A stretch of 59,205 nt of DNA. Origin: an uncultured Clostridia bacterium (lineage in GTDB: Bacteria > Bacillota > Limnochordia > Darwinibacteriales > Darwinibacteriaceae). Where the stretch lies: the NCBI GenBank assembly GCA_900018335.1, contig FIZK01000004.1, positions 1-59,205 on the forward strand, read 5' to 3'. Under the pieces are notes generated by a model. The model was given only the letters and a program-made list of their open reading frames with translations. It was not told the origin of the DNA and did not search any database. This document shows, one piece after another, positions 9,421 through 18,819 of this stretch; positions within the stretch are counted from its first letter, which is position 1; every line of letters begins with the position of its first letter. The translations under genes were made by a program, and so were the position numbers.

Positions 9421-11041
9421 GACCGTCACTCCTCTGCAAAACCTTAGCTCGTTCAATGATTTCTGGTTCGAGGCCCAGCGCTTCCGCGACCAGCACGGCA
9501 TCACTCTGCCCCAGCTCCCCTGGTTCCGCCGGTTCTAAGGCGTAATCCATCAGGCGCTGCAGGGCGGCCAGACCGTGAGTTGAGAGGACACTTTCCTGTC
9601 CTTCCAGCAGTTCCCTGCGCAGCCCCCTGACCTTATAGCGGAAAACTCCCTCCACGCGTCCCAAAGAGGGATAGTGGGTGGTGATCACGGAAATTGTTGG
9701 TTCCCCGCACAATCTTTCCACCACCGCCTGGGCAACCGCAGCCCCCTCCGCGGGGTTAGTGCCGTGGGCCAGTTCATCCAGGAGGATCAGACCATCCTCA
9801 TGGCTGTGGGCCAGCACATGCCGGACAAAATTCATCTCCCCGGCGAATTTGCTCAGGCCCTGGACAACCCTGGAGGCCAAGTGGGCCCTGATAAACCGCC
9901 GCGGGCGCAGCTCCATGGACACGGCGGGAACCAAAAGGCCGTACTGCGCCATGGCCGTGAGCAGGCCGATGGTTTTCAGGCTCACGGTCTTACCCCCCAT
10001 ATTGGGGCCAGTGATCAAAGTGACTCCGGGCCTCAGTTCGAGTGATAGGGGGCAGTAACTGCCTCCCCCCCGCTCCACTTCTTCCTCCACAAGCAGGTGG
10101 CGGCCGCCTCCAATGGCCAAGCGGGGTGAGGTGCAAAGCTTAGGCCTGACTCCCCTGATCTCCACACAGAAGCGCGCTTTAGCCAACAAGAAATCTAAGA
10201 ATCCCAATATTTCCAAGATTCTGAGCATCTTGGGCGCGTGGGCGGCCACAGTCTCGCTGAGCCTCTTCCGGATCCGCGCCTTACAGGCTTCCTCCCGGGC
10301 CCTGAGGGTACCCAGCTCCCGACGGAGGCTGCTGTGCTCTTCCCCTTCCACCAGGCGGAAGGTGACGAAATCAGTCGTGTCCTGTATCTTGGTTAGTTCC
10401 TTTATGTCCTCCAGCCGCTCCACTACGCCGCTCTCGGCGCGGCTCACCGTGATCTCGTCTTCCATGGACAAAATACGGTCTGTAGCCCGCTGGATTTTTT
10501 CGTTCACCATGGACCGAAACCCGGCCAACTGCTCTTCCAGCTCAATGCGGCGCCGACGTACTGCAGCCAGCTCACCATCGTAGGCATCGGCTATGTAGAA
10601 ACTGGTCTGTCTCCCTTGCCCCACGCTTAGGGCCTCCAGACAGGCGGCGCAGAGATCCACAGGAGCGGGAAGTAGACCCATCCACCCCAAACGCTCCAGC
10701 TCCGCCTGGATTTCTGCGGCAATGAGGAGGAGCCTCTTCACCTCGTAGAGCTCGGCATCATCAAGCACATCACCCCGCGCGCAGCGCTCAATAATGGTGG
10801 TGATGTCCCTTAGATTGCTGAGAAAGTAGAGCAGATTATGGGCGGCATGGGTGTCTGCCCTCAGGCGGGCGGCGGCATCCTCCAGCCGGCTCAAGGCTGC
10901 TTCCAGTTCAGAAGCCCGCTCAGGTAAATACGCCTCAGCTTGGCGCTGCTGAGCCCTGCCCAAAGGGGAAACCGGGCGGATGCGCAGCCAAACATCGTCA
11001 AAACCAAGCTCCCGCCGGGTTTCGGCATCAAGGAACTGCAT
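9413..11041 (-). CDS. MutS-domain ATPase without mismatch-binding or Smr domains; candidate aminomutase reactivase ATPase (KamC-type)
   Basis: Has the MutS-type Walker A GPNMGGKTVSLKT and LLDELAHGTNP. It is ~542 aa counted from ATG 11041, which is preceded by GGAGGA. It sits directly upstream of kamD. Confidence 0.7.
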   Translation of the reverse strand: MQFLDAETRRELGFDDVWLRIRPVSPLGRAQQRQAEAYLPERASELEAALSRLEDAAARLRADTHAAHNLLYFLSNLRDITTIIERCARGDVLDDAELYEVKRLLLIAAEIQAELERLGWMGLLPAPVDLCAACLEALSVGQGRQTSFYIADAYDGELAAVRRRRIELEEQLAGFRSMVNEKIQRATDRILSMEDEITVSRAESGVVERLEDIKELTKIQDTTDFVTFRLVEGEEHSSLRRELGTLRAREEACKARIRKRLSETVAAHAPKMLRILEILGFLDFLLAKARFCVEIRGVRPKLCTSPRLAIGGGRHLLVEEEVERGGGSYCPLSLELRPGVTLITGPNMGGKTVSLKTIGLLTAMAQYGLLVPAVSMELRPRRFIRAHLASRVVQGLSKFAGEMNFVRHVLAHSHEDGLILLDELAHGTNPAEGAAVAQAVVERLCGEPTISVITTHYPSLGRVEGVFRYKVRGLRRELLEGQESVLSTHGLAALQRLMDYALEPAEPGELGQSDAVLVAEALGLEPEIIERAKVLQRSDGHG

Positions 11042-12113
11042 CGATCTCCTCCTTCGCCGGCCTGTAGCGCAGTCCCAAGCGCAGGTCAAAGCACGGAATG
11101 GGATGGACAGTGCGCCCCACATCCTCCAGCAGGCCAATGGGATCAGCATGGCCATACCTGCTGTGGAACGGGCTTACGGTCACGGCACTGAGGTGCAGGG
11201 GGCGCAGCACGCAGAGCTCGACTCCCTGGCTGGCCAAGCGAGCCAGGCTGCCCCGACTTAAGAACACAGCCGTGGGATCAGAGGCTACAAGGGTAAATGA
11301 AGCTGGCCTTGCTGCACTGCCCAAGACTTTGGCCAGCACCGCATCGGTCAGCATCCCACGCACATACACTACTTTTAAGCCTGGCTGCTGGGATTCGCTC
11401 AGCACGGCACCGCGGGAAAGGAACTCATCCCTGGTAACGCGGCAGATTTGGCCATCCTCAGCCAAGCCCACCAGCTTCACATCTTCGGTGGCAGCCTGGA
11501 AAACCTTCTCCGCCTCTGCATCGTCCAAGCCTGGCAGCGTGAGCACTTGGAGAAAGTGCCTGAGGCGATCCAAAAGCTGCAGGCGGTCCCAGGCCACCTC
11601 AGCACCTACAGCCAGCACGGCCGTGTCCGTGATCAGGGGTACCGACAGCGAACGGCGATCCGCAGCTCCATCCACCAAGAGCAGATCAATATCCATGGAT
11701 CCCAAGCGCTGCTTTACTGATGCCAAATGCTGCGCGCTTCCAGGCCCCGCCAGTACCATCGTCCCGGCGCTCAGGACGCGGGCCAGCACCACCTCTCCCA
11801 GGGGCGTATACACTCCAGTGGTGGCCATAACCTCGTAATCCAGCTGGCTTTCCAGCAGGAGAACCTTGGCATTGGCCACCACTACCCCGGGATAGACCTT
11901 AATGGAGGGCTTTTTGTGAAACTGGATGCTGTCCCGCTCCTCACCATCCAGACCCAGAGATGTGAGGGCCATTTTGATGCCCAGTCTCTGCCCTTCCGTG
12001 ACCAGCTGGTTGAACGTGTAGGTCTTACCGGTATTCTTGGCCATTCCAATTATTGCAACAGAATGGAAATGGTTACTTAATATTTCTCTCAAAAACACCG
12101 GTTTTCCTCCCAA
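11028..12113 (-). CDS. P-loop protein of unknown function; candidate reactivase partner (KamB-type)
   Basis: Walker A-like GMAKNTGKT near the N-terminus. It overlaps the MutS-like gene by 14 nt. The start is TTG at 12113 or GTG at 12098 (GGAGG 7 nt upstream). Confidence 0.55.
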   Translation of the reverse strand: MGGKPVFLREILSNHFHSVAIIGMAKNTGKTYTFNQLVTEGQRLGIKMALTSLGLDGEERDSIQFHKKPSIKVYPGVVVANAKVLLLESQLDYEVMATTGVYTPLGEVVLARVLSAGTMVLAGPGSAQHLASVKQRLGSMDIDLLLVDGAADRRSLSVPLITDTAVLAVGAEVAWDRLQLLDRLRHFLQVLTLPGLDDAEAEKVFQAATEDVKLVGLAEDGQICRVTRDEFLSRGAVLSESQQPGLKVVYVRGMLTDAVLAKVLGSAARPASFTLVASDPTAVFLSRGSLARLASQGVELCVLRPLHLSAVTVSPFHSRYGHADPIGLLEDVGRTVHPIPCFDLRLGLRYRPAKEEIDAVP

Positions 12114-12126
12114 CCAGGCCGAAGAA

Positions 12127-13164
12127 TTACACGTAGATCTCAGAGAACAATTGACGGAGCTTGGGATTCTCCCTCAACACCTCCAGGGCAATTAGGGCAT
12201 GATTTTTAGTGTATCCGTTGCCAATGAGCATGGTCACATCTTTACCGACTCCTTCGGCGCCCAAAGCCGCAGCTGTGAAGCTCGTGGCCATGCTGAAAAA
12301 GTAGACTGTGCCGCCGTCTCTGGTACAGAGGATTGAGGCCATCTCCGTTTGCGGAATGTTCACACAGTTAATGGTGAGATCAGCAAGCTTGCCGCAGGCT
12401 CCATGCAGGACCTGCAGACAATCTATGGGCTTGGTGGCATCGACGTTCAAAACCACATCTGCCAGACCCAACCCCTTAATGCGATTGACCGCCGCTTCAC
12501 CGTAGTCCATGGCTACAACCTGCCCCGCTGGGCCCACTCGCTTCTTGGCCTCATGCAGGCATAGGCTGCCCGACTTGCCGCCGGCACCGATCACTAGAAC
12601 CGTATCGCCCGGTTTGACCAGCTTGGCGGTTTGAGCGGGGGCCCCCGCCACATCCAGAACTGCCAAGGCTACCTTCTCCGGCAGATCCTGGGGCAGCACG
12701 GCGTAGATGCCGCTGGAAAACAAAATGGCCTGTCCTGCAATGTCTACTTGGGCTGTGTCTTTGTGGATCCGCTTGATCTCCTTGATCACCAGGGGCGTGA
12801 GGGTCAAGGACACTAACGAAGCAATGCGGTCCCCCACTTTCAATTCGCGGGACTGAAGAGCAGAGCCGATCTCGCGAACCCTACCGATAAACATTCCGCC
12901 AGAACCCGTCACAGGATTGTGATGCTTACCCCGGGTCGCCACGATCTGCAGCATGATTTCAGCCATGCGCCGCTCGTCATCACCGGCCTGTTGACGGATT
13001 TGATTGAAGCTGGCGGAATCAATATTCAAGGTCTCCACATCGACCAAGATTTCGTTGTCATAAATCTCCATTGTATTATCCAGGCGCTGGGCCCCCTGGG
13101 GAAGCGATCCCTTTGGTTCCAGCACCCTGTGCATACCATAAGGGCAACCTGAAGCCACTGGCAT
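12127..13164 (-). CDS. kdd: 3,5-diaminohexanoate dehydrogenase
   Basis: 345 aa. The N-terminus GCPYGMHRVLEPKGSLPQ and the NAD motif VIGAGGKSG fit Kdd. It is the first gene of the lysine operon. Confidence 0.85.
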   Translation of the reverse strand: MPVASGCPYGMHRVLEPKGSLPQGAQRLDNTMEIYDNEILVDVETLNIDSASFNQIRQQAGDDERRMAEIMLQIVATRGKHHNPVTGSGGMFIGRVREIGSALQSRELKVGDRIASLVSLTLTPLVIKEIKRIHKDTAQVDIAGQAILFSSGIYAVLPQDLPEKVALAVLDVAGAPAQTAKLVKPGDTVLVIGAGGKSGSLCLHEAKKRVGPAGQVVAMDYGEAAVNRIKGLGLADVVLNVDATKPIDCLQVLHGACGKLADLTINCVNIPQTEMASILCTRDGGTVYFFSMATSFTAAALGAEGVGKDVTMLIGNGYTKNHALIALEVLRENPKLRQLFSEIYV

Positions 13165-13206
13165 AACTCCCTTCCATAGATCCTGATCAAGGTTCCATGC
13201 TGCTAT

Positions 13207-13722
13207 TTACGGCGTCTCTTCCTCAGTGTTCGTCATGGGAGCAATCTCCCGGTACGGTCTGGTTGCCTCGGCGTCCTCCGCGGTGAGGGAGTTCCAGATG
13301 GTCTCCATGGTCAGGCGGATCCGTTCCCGCAGCTGACGTTCCAGGCGCTGGGCCTTGTGCAGGCGCTCCTCCGAATCTGCCAAGATCTGCTGGGCCCGGA
13401 GCCGCGCTTCACTGATGATGCGCTCCGCTTCAGCCTGGGCAACACTGATCACGTTGTCCGCCTCGCGATTGGCCATGGTCTTAATCTCCTGCACGGTCTG
13501 TTTGGTCATGGCCAGCAGATCCAGCACATCCTGTTCGCGGCCGCCCTGCGTTGAAGACTCCTTGCGCAGTTCTTCCAGCTCCTGACGGAGTTTGCGGTTT
13601 TCTTGGTACACGGCCTCGTATTTAACCACGATCTCCGCGAGAAAATCGTCCACCTCGTCAGGATCGTAACCCTTAAACACCCGTTTGAACTCCATATTGT
13701 GGATATCAATCGGTTTCAGCAT
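13207..13722 (-). CDS. divIVA: Cell-division protein DivIVA
   Basis: N-terminus MLKPIDIHNMEFKRVFKGYDPDEVDDFL followed by a coiled coil. ATG at 13722 lies 8 nt after GGAGG. Confidence 0.85.
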   Translation of the reverse strand: MLKPIDIHNMEFKRVFKGYDPDEVDDFLAEIVVKYEAVYQENRKLRQELEELRKESSTQGGREQDVLDLLAMTKQTVQEIKTMANREADNVISVAQAEAERIISEARLRAQQILADSEERLHKAQRLERQLRERIRLTMETIWNSLTAEDAEATRPYREIAPMTNTEEETP

Positions 13723-13734
13723 CCACGCCACCTC

Positions 13735-14520
13735 CTAATAATAACGATGCAGCACAATGCTCGTCCTGCCCTTGCGGGTTGTACCCAAAACCTGGGAAAC
13801 AACCACTCTGCCCCTTCCCCGCATGGACAAAACATCACCTTCAGCGACACTTACCGCGGGATTGCTCACTAACTTCCAGTTCAGCTTCAATCGCTCCGCC
13901 TTGATCTCCCGCACCATTTTGGTACGGCTCATGCCAAACCCTTCCGCGGCCACAGCATCCAGACGCAGCGAAGCGACGGTGGCCTTGATTTCCTTAATGC
14001 GTTCAGGTTCCACCGCCAGCTGTTCTTCATCGATCTCCCGTACGGAAATGGGCACCTGGTGAACCTGGTTCCAGTGGGTTAGCAGGTAATCCGCCACTTC
14101 AGCGGCCACCACCACCTGACAGCCTTCGGACAAGACCAAAATATCGCCAATCTTCCCCCGCTTCAGCCCCGTGCCCAGGATGGAACCAAGGTAGTCACGG
14201 TGACTGACCTTCTGGAAAGCGAAGTTACCCTTAGCTTCCAACACCCTGAGGGCGGAAGGAATGGTTTCCAAGAGGTAGAACTGGGGATAGATGATCAAAC
14301 GGGCTCGTTCAGCGCTTTTATAGCCCCCCTGATGCAGTGCCCCAACTTCTGGAACACCACCCAGCACGCTTTCGGCCACCTTACGTTCGTAAGGGTCGTA
14401 GAAATCCGTTACCTGGGGGCGGTTGCTGTCCCAAGCCAGGCGAGCCAGGTCCAGGATGTGGCTTCCCAAACTGCGCTCGTCCGCGCCCCGTAAATGACTT
14501 AAGAGCTGTTCCTTGTTCAA
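13735..14520 (-). CDS. ylmH: YlmH-like S4-domain RNA-binding protein
   Basis: 261 aa with a C-terminal S4-like domain. It sits between yggT and divIVA, as in Bacillus. Confidence 0.75.
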   Translation of the reverse strand: MNKEQLLSHLRGADERSLGSHILDLARLAWDSNRPQVTDFYDPYERKVAESVLGGVPEVGALHQGGYKSAERARLIIYPQFYLLETIPSALRVLEAKGNFAFQKVSHRDYLGSILGTGLKRGKIGDILVLSEGCQVVVAAEVADYLLTHWNQVHQVPISVREIDEEQLAVEPERIKEIKATVASLRLDAVAAEGFGMSRTKMVREIKAERLKLNWKLVSNPAVSVAEGDVLSMRGRGRVVVSQVLGTTRKGRTSIVLHRYY

Positions 14521-14535
14521 CGTGTGTTCAGCCCC

Positions 14536-14814
14536 CTAGAAGATCCACTGGAGTACAAAAATGACTAGAATGCGGCGCAGAAGCGAATATCCCAGGCGCA
14601 AAACCAAAAACATGACCAGAGGTGAAAAATCAAGGCTGCCCACGGGAGGAAGAATCCCCTGGAACGGGCGTACCACAAAATCGGTGGCTCTGTAGATGAA
14701 GCGCACCACTGGATGATGGTAGTTTACATTAGGAATCCAAGACAGCAAGAAGCGAGCGACCAATATCCAGGTAAAGATCTCAAAGACGAGGTCCAGAATT
14801 AGGATTAACCGCAA
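14536..14814 (-). CDS. yggT: YggT family membrane protein
   Basis: 92 aa with two TM segments and the LLSW motif. Gene order after sepF supports the call. Confidence 0.75.
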   Translation of the reverse strand: MRLILILDLVFEIFTWILVARFLLSWIPNVNYHHPVVRFIYRATDFVVRPFQGILPPVGSLDFSPLVMFLVLRLGYSLLRRILVIFVLQWIF

Positions 14815-14820
14815 AACCTA

Positions 14821-15303
14821 TCACTCACTTTCGCCCTTGATCAGCTCAAAGAAGTCTGCCTCCAAGTCACCCTCAATGACCACTGAGGAAGGAGTAAAGC
14901 AGAAGATGGTCTCGCCGAGCTTGCGCATGTTCCCATCCAGCGCGTGGGTGGCGCCGCTCATAAAATCCACTACGCGCTGCGCCTCCGCCTTATCCAGTAG
15001 ATGCAAGCGGAGAATGAGGGCTTTTCTGCTCCTAAGGAAGGCCACATACTCCTTCACATCGGCAAAAGCCCTGGGCTCCAGGATATAAATCCTGCTCTGC
15101 ACTCCGGTCTGCCCCCCTGAAAGGCTGACCAGCGTGGGCCCTTCCTTGCTCCGCGCCTGGGCAGACTGTTTCTTCACCCTTTCGCGGCGCAGAGGCACCA
15201 CATCTTCATCCACTATCTTCTCCTTCACCTCAGGCTCCTCGTGCTCATCATAGTCCTCTGTCACACCCAGGAACGCTTTCAGTTTATGGATAAAATCGCT
15301 CAT
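14821..15303 (-). CDS. sepF: Cell division protein SepF
   Basis: 160 aa with a conserved C-terminal SepF domain (ILEPRAF, VDFMSGA, FCFTPSSV). Confidence 0.85.
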   Translation of the reverse strand: MSDFIHKLKAFLGVTEDYDEHEEPEVKEKIVDEDVVPLRRERVKKQSAQARSKEGPTLVSLSGGQTGVQSRIYILEPRAFADVKEYVAFLRSRKALILRLHLLDKAEAQRVVDFMSGATHALDGNMRKLGETIFCFTPSSVVIEGDLEADFFELIKGESE

Positions 15304-15305
15304 CT

Positions 15306-15980
15306 CTACTCCTCCTTGGCAAAGAGTGCCGAACCAATCCTCACCAGCGTGGCGCCTTCTTCGATGGCTACTTCAAAATCATTCGTCATGCCCATGGATA
15401 ACGTGTCCCAGCATACCTGGAACTCGGCCTGCAGCCGCTCGTAAAGCAGCCGGGTTTCCCGGAATACCGGGCGCGCTTCTTCCGGTTCCACCAGGGGTGC
15501 CATGGTCATCAGGCCGCGCACGTTAAGCTGCGGGCATTCACGGAGCACCCGTTCAACAAAGGCCGATACCTCATCGGGTGCTAGACCTCTCTTGCTTTTC
15601 TCCCGTGCAACGTTTACTTGAATGAGCACATCCTGGCGCTTACCCCACTTCGCCGCCCTAGCATTAAGCGTCTCCGCTAACGACCACCGATCCACAGAAT
15701 GAATAAGGGCAAAGGATTCACAGTAACGCACTTTATTGGTCTGCAAAGTACCGATGAAATGCCATTCGGCCTCCGGGAAAAGCTCCAAGCGCTTTCGGGC
15801 ATCCTGCACCTTGTTTTCGCCAAAGAGCAGCAGCCCCGCGGCCATCAACTCCTTAACCTGCTCATCCGACGCGTATTTCGTTACGCCCAACAACCTAATC
15901 TCACCCTCGGCCCGGCCGCTTCTGTGAGCAGCCTGCCTGATGCGGGCTTGTACACTTGCCAAATTCTCTCTAATACCCAT
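15306..15980 (-). CDS. yggS: YggS/YlmE family PLP homeostasis protein
   Basis: Alanine-racemase N-terminal-like fold with LLGVTK and HFIGTLQTNK. ATG at 15980 avoids overlapping uppP. Confidence 0.85.
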   Translation of the reverse strand: MGIRENLASVQARIRQAAHRSGRAEGEIRLLGVTKYASDEQVKELMAAGLLLFGENKVQDARKRLELFPEAEWHFIGTLQTNKVRYCESFALIHSVDRWSLAETLNARAAKWGKRQDVLIQVNVAREKSKRGLAPDEVSAFVERVLRECPQLNVRGLMTMAPLVEPEEARPVFRETRLLYERLQAEFQVCWDTLSMGMTNDFEVAIEEGATLVRIGSALFAKEE

Positions 15981-16029
15981 TACTTCCACCTTATCATCCG
16001 TTTTCCTTCCCAAGGCAAAGCAACCTTCA

Positions 16030-16845
16030 CTACAGCATGTGAACAACGATAATTACTGCCCCCACGAGCCAGGTGTAATACGAGAACCAGACCAGCTTCC
16101 CCTTGCGCAGCATGGCTAAAAAGAAGCGGATCGCCAGGTAACCGGTGACAGCTGCGGAGATCAACCCCGAGATCAAGACTCCTGCACCCAGCGTGACGGT
16201 GCCGGAAAAGAGATCTAGGAGCGATAGGACCAGAGCGCCAAGGATGGCTGGGACGGAAAGCAAAAAAGAAAACCTAGCCGCGCTCTGCCGATCCAGGCCT
16301 CGAAACAGGCCAACGGCAATGGTGGTTCCCGAGCGGGAGAGTCCCGGCAGTACCGCGACAGCCTGACCGCACCCGATGAGCAGGGCATCCAGCAAAGAAG
16401 GGTCGGATCGACTGCCCGCTGCCCGTTTCTCCGCAGCAAACAGGACGAACCCGGTAACGATGAGCATGACCCCCGCGGCCAAGCTGCTGGAAAAGAGCCG
16501 CTCTACCTGGTTCTTAAGCAAAAGCGCCACCGCCACCGCGGGCAGTGTGCCCACCACCAGGGCCACAAGCAGGCGGCAGCCACTATCCTGCCGCAGCAGA
16601 ACCTTGGCCTGTTTAGGGTTTCCCACAAGCTTAACCAGGGAGGCAGCAAGGAGTTTCACCTCGCTTCTAAATACCGCCAATACTGCAAGGAGCGTCCCCA
16701 CATGCACAATAACCTCAAAGACTATGGACTGCTCCCGAACACCAAAGAGCTGCGACATTAAAACAAGATGGCCCGAAGAGCTCACGGGCAAAAACTCGGT
16801 CACTCCCTGGACTATTCCCAAGATGATGGCCTGGATGATGGTCAT
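16030..16845 (-). CDS. uppP: Undecaprenyl-diphosphate phosphatase
   Basis: 271 aa polytopic protein with the BacA motifs GVTEFLPVSSSGHL and PGLSRSG. Confidence 0.9.
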   Translation of the reverse strand: MTIIQAIILGIVQGVTEFLPVSSSGHLVLMSQLFGVREQSIVFEVIVHVGTLLAVLAVFRSEVKLLAASLVKLVGNPKQAKVLLRQDSGCRLLVALVVGTLPAVAVALLLKNQVERLFSSSLAAGVMLIVTGFVLFAAEKRAAGSRSDPSLLDALLIGCGQAVAVLPGLSRSGTTIAVGLFRGLDRQSAARFSFLLSVPAILGALVLSLLDLFSGTVTLGAGVLISGLISAAVTGYLAIRFFLAMLRKGKLVWFSYYTWLVGAVIIVVHML

Positions 16846-16864
16846 GGCTGCACTCCCTTCCGAG

Positions 16865-17815
16865 TCACCCTAACTTATTCTTGTTCGCTCCACCGATTCC
16901 TGCCCCCCGCCAAGCTAGACCCGCCAAGTGTTGCAGAAACGGGAGGGCCAGAAGGGCAGTGACACCATTGAACAGTGTGTGGGCGTGGGCCACCTGTCTG
17001 CTAGGGTCCGCGGAGAGACTCTGAACCACCTGGAAAAACAAGGGAAACACCGGCAGAATGAGTACCACCCCGCCCAGGTTAAAGAGGAAATCGGCATAGG
17101 CGGTGGCGCGGCCGGCTCTACTCCTCCCCACGCTGGCTAGAAGGGTTGTAGCCACGGTACCCACATTGCTCCCCAAAGCCATGGCCACAGCCACGGAAGC
17201 GGGAAGGAGGTTCTGCTTTACCAAACCGATGACCAGTCCAGTGACTGCACTACTGGATTGGGCCAAAATGGTCAAAACCATCCCGAACGACACTGCCTCC
17301 AGGGGAGTGTCCGTGAGGGTTGTAATCACACTGCGCATTGCAGGAGCCTTGAGCAGCGGAGCCAGGGCCCATGTAGAAAAGGACAGGCCAAAAAAGACTG
17401 CCCCTAGACCAAAGAGGGCAGTCCCCGCACTCTTCCTTTGTCCCAAATACCGCACTGCTAACCCGACGGCGCACAAGGGCAAAGCTGTTCTCTCCAGGGG
17501 CAGGGCAATGAGCTGTGCCGTCACGGTGGTGCCCACATTAGCTCCCAGCATCACGCCTAGGGCCTGGGTCAGGCTGAGCACGCCGGTATCGGTGAGCACG
17601 ACCAGAGCTGCTCCCACAGCGCTGCTGCTCTGAATGAAAGCGGTCAGGAGCAGTCCCGCCAGAAGGCCCTTGACCTTAGTGGCGGTAAGTCGAGTTAAGA
17701 CAGAATGTAGGCGAAAACCCAGCACCGTTTCTAGGGCATTCGTCAAGAGCTTGAGTCCAAGGAGAAAAATCCCTATTCCCAACCCCAAATTGGCGGCAAA
17801 GAAAAAGATTCTCAT
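16865..17815 (-). CDS. Na/Pi cotransporter family membrane protein (transmembrane part only)
   Basis: 316 aa polytopic protein with repeated QSSSA motifs typical of the NptA-like family. There is no PhoU-like tail. Confidence 0.75.
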   Translation of the reverse strand: MRIFFFAANLGLGIGIFLLGLKLLTNALETVLGFRLHSVLTRLTATKVKGLLAGLLLTAFIQSSSAVGAALVVLTDTGVLSLTQALGVMLGANVGTTVTAQLIALPLERTALPLCAVGLAVRYLGQRKSAGTALFGLGAVFFGLSFSTWALAPLLKAPAMRSVITTLTDTPLEAVSFGMVLTILAQSSSAVTGLVIGLVKQNLLPASVAVAMALGSNVGTVATTLLASVGRSRAGRATAYADFLFNLGGVVLILPVFPLFFQVVQSLSADPSRQVAHAHTLFNGVTALLALPFLQHLAGLAWRGAGIGGANKNKLG

Positions 17816-17843
17816 ACCTGACCATATGAGAATCCCTGAGCGA

Positions 17844-18062
17844 TTAGACTATCTGACCGTGAATAAGGAAACCCGGCTGACAGTGGGGCTCCAGGAAATG
17901 CCTGGGATCTGTGCTGAGAACCCTGACCACCCTGGCCTGGAAGTTCCCCAGGGGTTCAGCTTCCACTGTAATCCCGCCCAAGGTCAGCTGGACAGTGGGC
18001 CCAGGCTCCTGCTCGATCCCTTCCAGGACCTCCTCCAGGGGCAGGACAGTATAGAGCATCAA
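17844..18062 (-). CDS. ylzJ: YlzJ-like small protein
   Basis: 72 aa starting MMLYTVLP. It overlaps the tepA stop by 4 nt, and Bacillus has the same tepA-ylzJ order. Confidence 0.55.
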   Translation of the reverse strand: MMLYTVLPLEEVLEGIEQEPGPTVQLTLGGITVEAEPLGNFQARVVRVLSTDPRHFLEPHCQPGFLIHGQIV

Positions 18063-18775
18063 TGCATACCCCCTTCCCTCTGGGCAACCAACTGAGACAA
18101 CCTATTCAGGGCAGTACCCACTCCCCCCACTTCATCGATCAATCCGGCCCGCACCGCTTCTGATCCCACTAATACGGTACCCACGTCACGCACCAACTCA
18201 CCAGTGCGGAACATCATTTCCCGCAGAGTCTCCTCGGGTATCCGTGAGTGCTGGACGATGAAGCGGATGACCCTCTCCTGCATCTTGTCCAAATACTCGT
18301 AGGTTTGGGGAACCCCAATCACCAGCCCGCTCAACCGAATGGGATGAATGGTCATGGTGGCCGTCTCAGAGATGAGGGAATGGTCCGCTGCCACCGCTAT
18401 GGGTGCTCCGATGGAATGTCCTCCACCCAATACCAGGGACACCACCGGTGTGGTCATGGTCTTGAGCATTTCTGCTATGGCCAGACCCGCTTCAATATCC
18501 CCACCCACCGTGTTGAGGACCACCAGTAAACCCTTGATTTTCGGATTCTGCTCGATGGCCACCAACTGGGGGATGACATGTTCATACTTGGTGGTCTTGT
18601 TGCGGGGCGGCAGCACAAGGTGACCTTCGATCTGTCCAATGATGGTCAAGCAGTGAAAAGGCATCTCCTCTGCCAAAGGGCCTCCCGGGGTGACCGTCTG
18701 CCCAAGCTCCTTAATGGTCTGCAGACCAGGTGCCTCCCTTTCAGGCAGCTGTTCCGCCTCTGGCTGTTCAAACAC
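18059..18775 (-). CDS. tepA: ClpP-like translocation-enhancing protein TepA
   Basis: Contains [18 protein letters not shown] and [19 protein letters not shown] in a ClpP/crotonase fold. It has a GTG start. Confidence 0.8.
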   Translation of the reverse strand: MFEQPEAEQLPEREAPGLQTIKELGQTVTPGGPLAEEMPFHCLTIIGQIEGHLVLPPRNKTTKYEHVIPQLVAIEQNPKIKGLLVVLNTVGGDIEAGLAIAEMLKTMTTPVVSLVLGGGHSIGAPIAVAADHSLISETATMTIHPIRLSGLVIGVPQTYEYLDKMQERVIRFIVQHSRIPEETLREMMFRTGELVRDVGTVLVGSEAVRAGLIDEVGGVGTALNRLSQLVAQREGGMH

Positions 18776-18780
18776 AAAAG

Positions 18781-18819
18781 CCCCCCTTTCTTACCATGTA
18801 GTATAATAAGAAAGGGGGG
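18781..18819 (-). terminator. Strong hairpin after rnj (terminator-like); its 3' arm contains the tepA Shine-Dalgarno
   Basis: Minus strand has a 13-bp stem, CCCCCCTTTCTTA-N13-TAAGAAAGGGGGG, followed by CTTTTGTG. That GTG is the tepA start codon. Confidence 0.6.

Noticed and set aside
9413-11041. Reading the MutS-domain protein as a genuine DNA mismatch repair or MutS2 gene.
   Set aside because: It lacks the N-terminal mismatch-binding region and the C-terminal Smr nuclease domain. It is also translationally coupled to kamD inside a catabolic operon.
362-13164. Calling the lysine operon (and likewise the glutamate operon at 37889..45831) a mobile genomic island.
   Set aside because: No integrase, transposase, tRNA attachment site or direct repeats were seen at either boundary. 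GC content looks similar to the flanks by eye. Only the break in conserved gene order is supported.
13165-13206. Lysine or cobalamin riboswitches upstream of the kdd operon (13165..13206), the glm operon (45832..45886) or the asd/dapG genes (23896..23940).
   Set aside because: The intergenic regions are only 42, 55 and 45 nt, far too short for L-box or B12 riboswitch aptamers. No conserved riboswitch cores were seen.
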